Under the pieces are notes generated by a model, which did not search any database, had not been told where the DNA came from, and saw nothing but the letters and a program-made list of their open reading frames with translations. A stretch of 22,493 nt of DNA from Gemmatimonadales bacterium (lineage in GTDB: Bacteria; Gemmatimonadota; Gemmatimonadetes; Gemmatimonadales; GWC2-71-9). The stretch's first letter is position 1; each line of letters starts with the position of its first letter. Positions 17,513 to 22,493 of this stretch are shown piece after piece. The DNA lies in NCBI GenBank assembly GCA_039794085.1, contig JBDIWC010000055.1, positions 1-22,493 on the forward strand, in the 5' to 3' direction. The position numbers were made by a program, and so were the translations under genes.

Positions 17513-18717
17513 CGGAACGTACCGGCGTTGACGCTGTAGATCGCCTGGAGGAGCGAGAGGGCGACGAATCCCACCAGCCCGCCGAACCCGACTATCATCG
17601 CCGGTTCTGCGAGCGACACGAGCCTTTGCAGGATTCGGGTCGTCTTTTCCTCCAGGATCTCGGCGCCCTTGAGCGTGAACTCCTGTAGCCGCCCCGATTC
17701 CTCCCCCACCTGGACGAGCTGGCCCAGCACCGGGGGGAAGAGTTGGCCCTCCCCAAGAGCTCGATGGAGAGCGACCCCCTCCCGCACTTGGGTCCTGATG
17801 CGCGCGGCCTCGTCTTGCGCGAGTGGATCGCCGAGACTCTCGATGGTGTCATCGAGCGCAGTGAGGAGGGGGGCGCCCCCTCCGAGCAGCACGCCGAGGA
17901 GCCGGGCGAATCGGGCAGCGAGGGAATGGCGGCGGACTGCGCCAACGATCGGGAGGGAAAGGAGGGCCTTCGCTGCCACTCTCCGTCCCTCCTCCGTGGT
18001 GCGGGACCATGCCAGGAGAACTGCTACCACCGCGGGAAATGCAAGCAGGAGGGGCCAGAAGCGTCGGAGCCCACCGGAGATCGCCAAGAGAAGGGCGGTG
18101 GAGGCGGGGAGCGTTGCTCCCGTGTCCTGCAACAGGTCCACAAACCGTGGCATCACCCAGAGGAGGAGAACGGCAACAGCAAGCCCTCCGCCGATCGCCA
18201 AGACGATCGGATAGATCGACACGGAAAGGAGCTTGCCACGAAGCTCCTCTTCCCGTTCAAGTTGGGCGGCGAGCCGAGTGAATGCATCGTCGAGATTGCC
18301 GCTCCGTTCGCCCGCCCGGACCAGGCCAACGTACAGGGGTGGGAACACGGCGGGATGTTCGGAGAGTGCGGCGGCCAGGGCCTGGCCCCGTTCCACATTC
18401 GACCGGACCGCACCGAGGGTGGCACCCACGCTCCCGCCAACCAGGTTCTCCGCCGCCTTTAGCGCGCGGGCAAGGGGGAGACCGGCAGGGAGAAGAGCGG
18501 CGAGGGCTCGGGTCGCTTCCAGTACCTGGCGTTTCGTGCCGCCCCCCCGACGTGAGCGGGATTCCTCCTCCACCACGGCAACGTCCAGAACAAGGAGTCC
18601 CCGGCGCTCGAGCGCGAGCGAGAGGGTTGCCGCATCGGAGGCGGCCTCCCGGCCTCGGACCCGGCGTCCGCCACTCTGCGCATCCACCGCGATGTACCGA
18701 AACGTGCTCGCTCTCAC
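17509..18717 (-). CDS. gspF: Type II secretion inner membrane protein GspF
   Basis: FRYIAVD, AGLPLARAL, FPPLYVGLVRAGERSGNL, SIYPIVL, VGEESGRL, LAEPAMI. Two GspF domains, 402 aa. Confidence 0.95.
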   Translation of the reverse strand: MRASTFRYIAVDAQSGGRRVRGREAASDAATLSLALERRGLLVLDVAVVEEESRSRRGGGTKRQVLEATRALAALLPAGLPLARALKAAENLVGGSVGATLGAVRSNVERGQALAAALSEHPAVFPPLYVGLVRAGERSGNLDDAFTRLAAQLEREEELRGKLLSVSIYPIVLAIGGGLAVAVLLLWVMPRFVDLLQDTGATLPASTALLLAISGGLRRFWPLLLAFPAVVAVLLAWSRTTEEGRRVAAKALLSLPIVGAVRRHSLAARFARLLGVLLGGGAPLLTALDDTIESLGDPLAQDEAARIRTQVREGVALHRALGEGQLFPPVLGQLVQVGEESGRLQEFTLKGAEILEEKTTRILQRLVSLAEPAMIVGFGGLVGFVALSLLQAIYSVNAGTFR

Positions 18718-18744
18718 ATGGCGCTCCAGGAGAACCGGGGAAGG

Positions 18745-19182
18745 TCACTTCCAGCTGGTGATGTCCGCTCCCTCGCCGTCGCCGCCGGGTTGCCCGTCGG
18801 CCCCGAGCGAAAGAAGGTCGTACCCGGTGCCGCTCTCGGGTCCCGGGCTGCGGTACACGTAGGCGTTTCCCCAGGGATCGAGGGGGACATTCTTCCGGAG
18901 GTAGGGGCCGCGCCAGTTCCGGGGCCGAGCACCGGCGGTGGGCTCCCGCCACAGGGCAGCGAGTCCCTGTTCCGCAGGGGGGTACGAACCGTTGTCGAGT
19001 CGATAGGCGTCGAGTGCGGCACCGAGCATCTCGATCTGCGACCGCGCCGTGGTGTCCTTCGCCGCTCCGACGTGCTGGAACACGTTCGGGGCGACGAGGG
19101 TGGCCAAAACGGCGATCACCACGATCACGACGAGGATCTCGATAAGCGTGAAGCCGTTCAAGCGTGGCTGACATGTTGCCAT
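18745..19182 (-). CDS. gspG: Major pseudopilin GspG
   Basis: NG|FTLIEILVVIVVI, ALDAYRLDNGSYP, QGLAAL, NWRGPYL, DPWGNAYVYRSPG, DLLSLGADGQPGGDGEGADI. AAGGAG RBS. Confidence 0.97.
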   Translation of the reverse strand: MATCQPRLNGFTLIEILVVIVVIAVLATLVAPNVFQHVGAAKDTTARSQIEMLGAALDAYRLDNGSYPPAEQGLAALWREPTAGARPRNWRGPYLRKNVPLDPWGNAYVYRSPGPESGTGYDLLSLGADGQPGGDGEGADITSWK

Positions 19183-19446
19183 GAAAAAGCGCTCCTTCAG
19201 GTTTCACCTTGCCCCTATCTGTGCTATGCCTTACTGGCACTACTCCGACGCAAGGCGTTCGCTCCACAAGTCGCAGGCAGCTCTTCAGGGTAACTCACCT
19301 GTTCTGCGTCGCCTCTGATGGTTCTTCTGACCACCTCCTCCGAGCAACCCACACTGCAGCACTCAATCCATTTGACACGCTCTTGTTTCTCCCTCGGTCA
19401 CACGAACCCACCAGGGGGGTGATCGCAGTTATCTTCCCACAGTAGC

Positions 19447-20067
19447 TCACGTCCCGCTCGGAGGAAAACGGGATTCTAACTCGGCTAGAAATTCTTCGGT
19501 TCCTTCGGGGTTCTGAGGTTCATAGCGCAACCCATCTGGGAGTTCGCGAAGACGCCAACCGGAAGGCACCCCGAACAGACGCATCTGGAGGCGACGGAGA
19601 GGACCCGGTGCGAGGCCGGCAATAAGCTTCCGCATATCTGCCCTGGCTATGACCTGCGCGTCCCTGAACACAGGGCGCGGATCTGCGGTCATTCGACAAG
19701 CTGCGTCAATTATCGGCTTGAACATCTGGAAATAATCACGGGGATCCCAGTGAGGGACATGCGTTGCCACTGCCATCGCCCGGACCGCATAACGTAGTCG
19801 TAAGAGAGAATCCTCCCGCACGGCAAGGCTGGCCATCCGAACCGCGAAACCCCACACAAGGCGCTCATGTCTCCGTTGAAGGGGGTTCTTGCCTTCATCC
19901 GCAACCCACCCGGTGCCAGGTTCTCTGGTCCCCTGGAGAGTCTGGCACGCATCCTCGAGACATGCGAGGATCGCATCGTCAGCGGGAGTGCCCAGCGGAC
20001 CATCAAACTGAAAGTTTCCGGAACGATCCACCCGATCCAGGCAAGCAGCGAACGTCGTAGCATTCAT
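19447..20067 (-). CDS. Hypothetical protein, probable immunity protein of the upstream RHS C-terminal domain
   Basis: 206 aa from ATG 20067 with an AGGAG RBS, 31 bp after the RHS stop and on the same strand. No signal peptide or TM visible. Function is inferred from position. Confidence 0.65.
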   Translation of the reverse strand: MNATTFAACLDRVDRSGNFQFDGPLGTPADDAILACLEDACQTLQGTREPGTGWVADEGKNPLQRRHERLVWGFAVRMASLAVREDSLLRLRYAVRAMAVATHVPHWDPRDYFQMFKPIIDAACRMTADPRPVFRDAQVIARADMRKLIAGLAPGPLRRLQMRLFGVPSGWRLRELPDGLRYEPQNPEGTEEFLAELESRFPPSGT

Positions 20068-20098
20068 CGCACGCAGGCTCCTAGGTGAAACGTCCTCA

Positions 20099-22367
20099 CT
20101 ACCGAAACAGAAAGGTAACCCGATCAAGGCCATTCCAGGACGCCAACCACATGAGTTCGTTGCCAAAACCCGTTAGCGTGCCGTTGACGAAGACGCTAGG
20201 ACCGGTAGGGGGTGACACTGCAACAATCTTCGCCCCGAGGAGATCCCAGAACCTCAACCATGCCGCGTTGAGCGGATCCCAGAGGCCCACACGTACTAGA
20301 GCATTCCACACAGGCTTAGGCACGTTGAGAACAGCGTAACCGGCGACGCCGGCATATGCTTGAGTTGCGCTGAAACTACCAATGATGACTGTCGGGAGCG
20401 TCACGGTAGCCAGGCTAACCCCAAGCACGGTCAAAGCTGTATTGCGCACGACGTTATCAGTCAGTGGACGGCCGAGAATGAAGTTCCCCGTCATCGTGGA
20501 TATACCGACCGCCGCGCCCAGCACACCCACGAGCGAGCATTGATCGCATAACCCGGTGGGGTCCGAGCGCGAAACAGGGTCGTTGCCGGCGTACCTGTAG
20601 AGGTCAAACTCGCCGCTTGCAAATAGAAGAGGATCGCGAGTTGTCCAACGTCCGATCTCGGAGTCATAATCGCGGGCGCCAAAGCGCACCAACCCCGTGG
20701 TGTGATCGTATAGCCCTCCGGCGAACCCGAATGGCTGAAATCCAGGATTAGTATCAAGCAGAACGCGGCCATACGCATCATAGTCAAGCCGCTGCGCAAC
20801 GACGCCTGTCTCAACATCCACAACAAGGCGCACACTGCCGCGCTCGTCGTAGATCAGCCGATATGTAGCTCCTCCGCGCACCATATATTCCGGGACATTG
20901 GCACGTTCCCCATGAACGAAGCGGCTAACCAACGAACCGTCCCCATTCAGCTCCGCCACGATCGCGATCGGACCATCCCACAGCCACACCTGTGAGATAA
21001 CGCCATCTGTCTTCTTGCCAACCCTCCGGCCATCACCATCAACTACGTACTCTACAAGGCGACCATCTGGCAGGCGGACTGATCGGAGATTACCAATAGC
21101 GTCATAGACGAAGGACGTCGTATCATTGCCCTTGACGCGGTACTGCAATTCCCCATTGGAGGTGTATTCGTACTTGCTCGCTCCGTAGGTAATCAACCGA
21201 TCCTGTTCGTCTGTTGTTGCGACAATGGAGCCAGATGGGTAGGTGGCTTGAAGCCGGTTGCCGTTAGCGTCGTAATCGTAATGTTCAACAGGGGTTCCGT
21301 TCTGCAACACTGTTCCAAGGTGCCCCGCGCTATCGTAAACAAAGGCAAGCGCTGTGGTTACGCCACCCACCGTTTCGACCTTTGTTGTGATCCGTCCCAG
21401 GGAGTCGCGCTCATACGCCGCCCCAAACAGCGTAACGCCAGCATAAGCTGCCTCTGTGGCGCTCACCTCTGGTCCTGGACTAAACAGACTTGAGGTTGTC
21501 AGCCCGCCTATACTGGTGGCCGTGACAAAGCCTGTCTGAGGATGTCTTGTGAAGGTGATCGCGCCTGCGCTCGCAAGAAGACCATCCAGGTCGTAGGTAC
21601 GGTGGATAGGAGCAGTGCCGTTGACCGAATCTGTGACCGTTCTAAAATCGGTATCGAATACCTTTGAAAGACGTCCTGCAATGGGGCCACTCCAGGAAGT
21701 CGCGTTGCGCAACCACCCATCATATGTATGACGCTGGGTGGCACCGCCAGTAACGGTCGAGCTTGTAAGGGTTCCTGTTATCGAATCTGTCACGGCGGTC
21801 AGCGTGTCGCCTCCACCAGGCAGCAGTATGGTCTGGGTCGAACCAGACGATGAGTACTTGATCTCGATGACCGAGCTATCAGGCCGGCTAAACAGTACGA
21901 GCCTGCCTGCTGAGTCATACGTAAAGCGCATCACGGGGGGACCGGTGCCGGCATCGGGCGCAACATGTTGCGTCAGGAGTCCCCCCGCATTGTGACTGAG
22001 CGTATGCATCTGACGCGCGGGTGGGGTGACCGTCAGGAGATTACCAACGGCGTCGTAGGTCATTTGCACGACCTGCCCTCCCGGGAGCCATCTCCTGATC
22101 AGTCGTCCTGCCGAATCATAGGCGAAGCGATGCTCAGCCCCCAGGGGATCAACTGCAAAGCTCAAGCGATCTCGATCGTCGTACCCGAAGCGGAGTGTGC
22201 GTCCACCAACCCTGGAGTCCTCAAGGCGTCCTTTATTGTCATATCGCCGGCTCATGATCGGGAGCCCAGGGACGATCACCTCCGTTGGCCTTCCCGCATT
22301 GTCTAGCTGTGTAAAAATAGATCTGCCACCCGCCGACCGTGAAGTAACAGTATTCGCTACTAAATCT
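20099..22367 (-). pseudogene. RHS/YD-repeat protein, 3' portion (YD repeats, RHS core, C-terminal domain), 5'-truncated by ISL3
   Basis: Many YD repeats (YDNKGRL, YDSAGRL, YDAVGNL, YDANGNR). Core QRLDYDAYG...PFGFAGGLYD...RFGARDYDSEIGRWTTRDP and YAGNDPVSRSDPTGL. The open frame runs directly into the IS left IR at 22368. Confidence 0.9.
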
Positions 22368-22493
22368 GGCTCTTCCCCTGATCGAGTGGGTAAGTTAGCC
22401 TGCATCCATGAGAGATCGAGATCTGTATAGCAGGATTTTGGGCCTCCAGAGCCCGTGGCGCGTGTCCGAGGTGGAGCTTGCCTTGGGCCAAGG
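22368..22493 (+). mobile_element. ISL3 insertion sequence, left end; terminal inverted repeat at 22368-22393
   Basis: GGCTCTTCCCCTGATCGAGTGGGTAA is an inverted match to 100-125 at 22/26, followed by a transposase start. The flank is AT-rich (CTAAATCT), as ISL3 targets usually are. Confidence 0.88.
22408..22493 (+). CDS. ISL3-family transposase, N-terminal fragment (runs off the right edge)
   Basis: Hand translation gives MRDRDLYSRILGLQSPWRVSEVELALGQ..., matching the ISL3 N-terminal LY..ILGL..PW.V..VEL pattern. Not in the ORF track. Confidence 0.85.
   Translation, partial: MRDRDLYSRILGLQSPWRVSEVELALGQ

Noticed and set aside
9597..19182. Type IV pilus, Tad or competence system instead of T2SS
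   Set aside because: GspG and GspK signatures are clear, the secretin has a GspD-type N0 and no AMIN domains, and there is no PilT, PilY1, Flp or ComEC gene.
19183..19446. Sigma54 promoter, terminator or small ORF between the immunity gene and gspG
   Set aside because: TGGCAC/TAGCAC-like words are present but I found no correctly spaced GG-N10-GC in the gsp direction near them. There is no convincing hairpin with a U-tract, and the 78-aa plus-strand ORF has no support.
100..22393. The two IRs as ends of one 22-kb element, or a circle with one IS and a target duplication
   Set aside because: The IRs face outward, each belonging to an IS body that leaves the window, and the inner 8-bp flanks do not match.
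20099..22405. The 768-aa ORF as a complete standalone RHS protein or T6SS effector
   Set aside because: Its start lies inside the IS, it begins mid-YD repeat, and no PAAR, VgrG or Eag sequence is visible.

Overview
GC-rich bacterial window (Gemmatimonadota-like, by inference only). Both ends lie in same-orientation copies of one ISL3 insertion sequence: the transposase 3' end and right IR at 1-125, and the left IR and transposase 5' end at 22368-22493. The left half is minus-strand accessory and envelope genes: vapBC, an AlgI/DltB-type MBOAT with an SGNH-like partner and a Usp, and a TetR-HlyD-ABC exporter. It also holds two unrelated intergenic repeat clusters and a plus-strand beta-propeller lipoprotein. 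The right half is the most interesting part: one co-oriented block with an IS-truncated teneurin-type RHS/YD protein ending in a 149-aa uncharacterised C-terminal domain, a probable immunity gene, and a compact 11-gene type II secretion operon (G-F-H-I-J-K-L-M-C-D-E) with a shortened secretin. This suggests a T2SS dedicated to exporting a polymorphic RHS toxin. That link is a hypothesis from gene order; no database searches were run.
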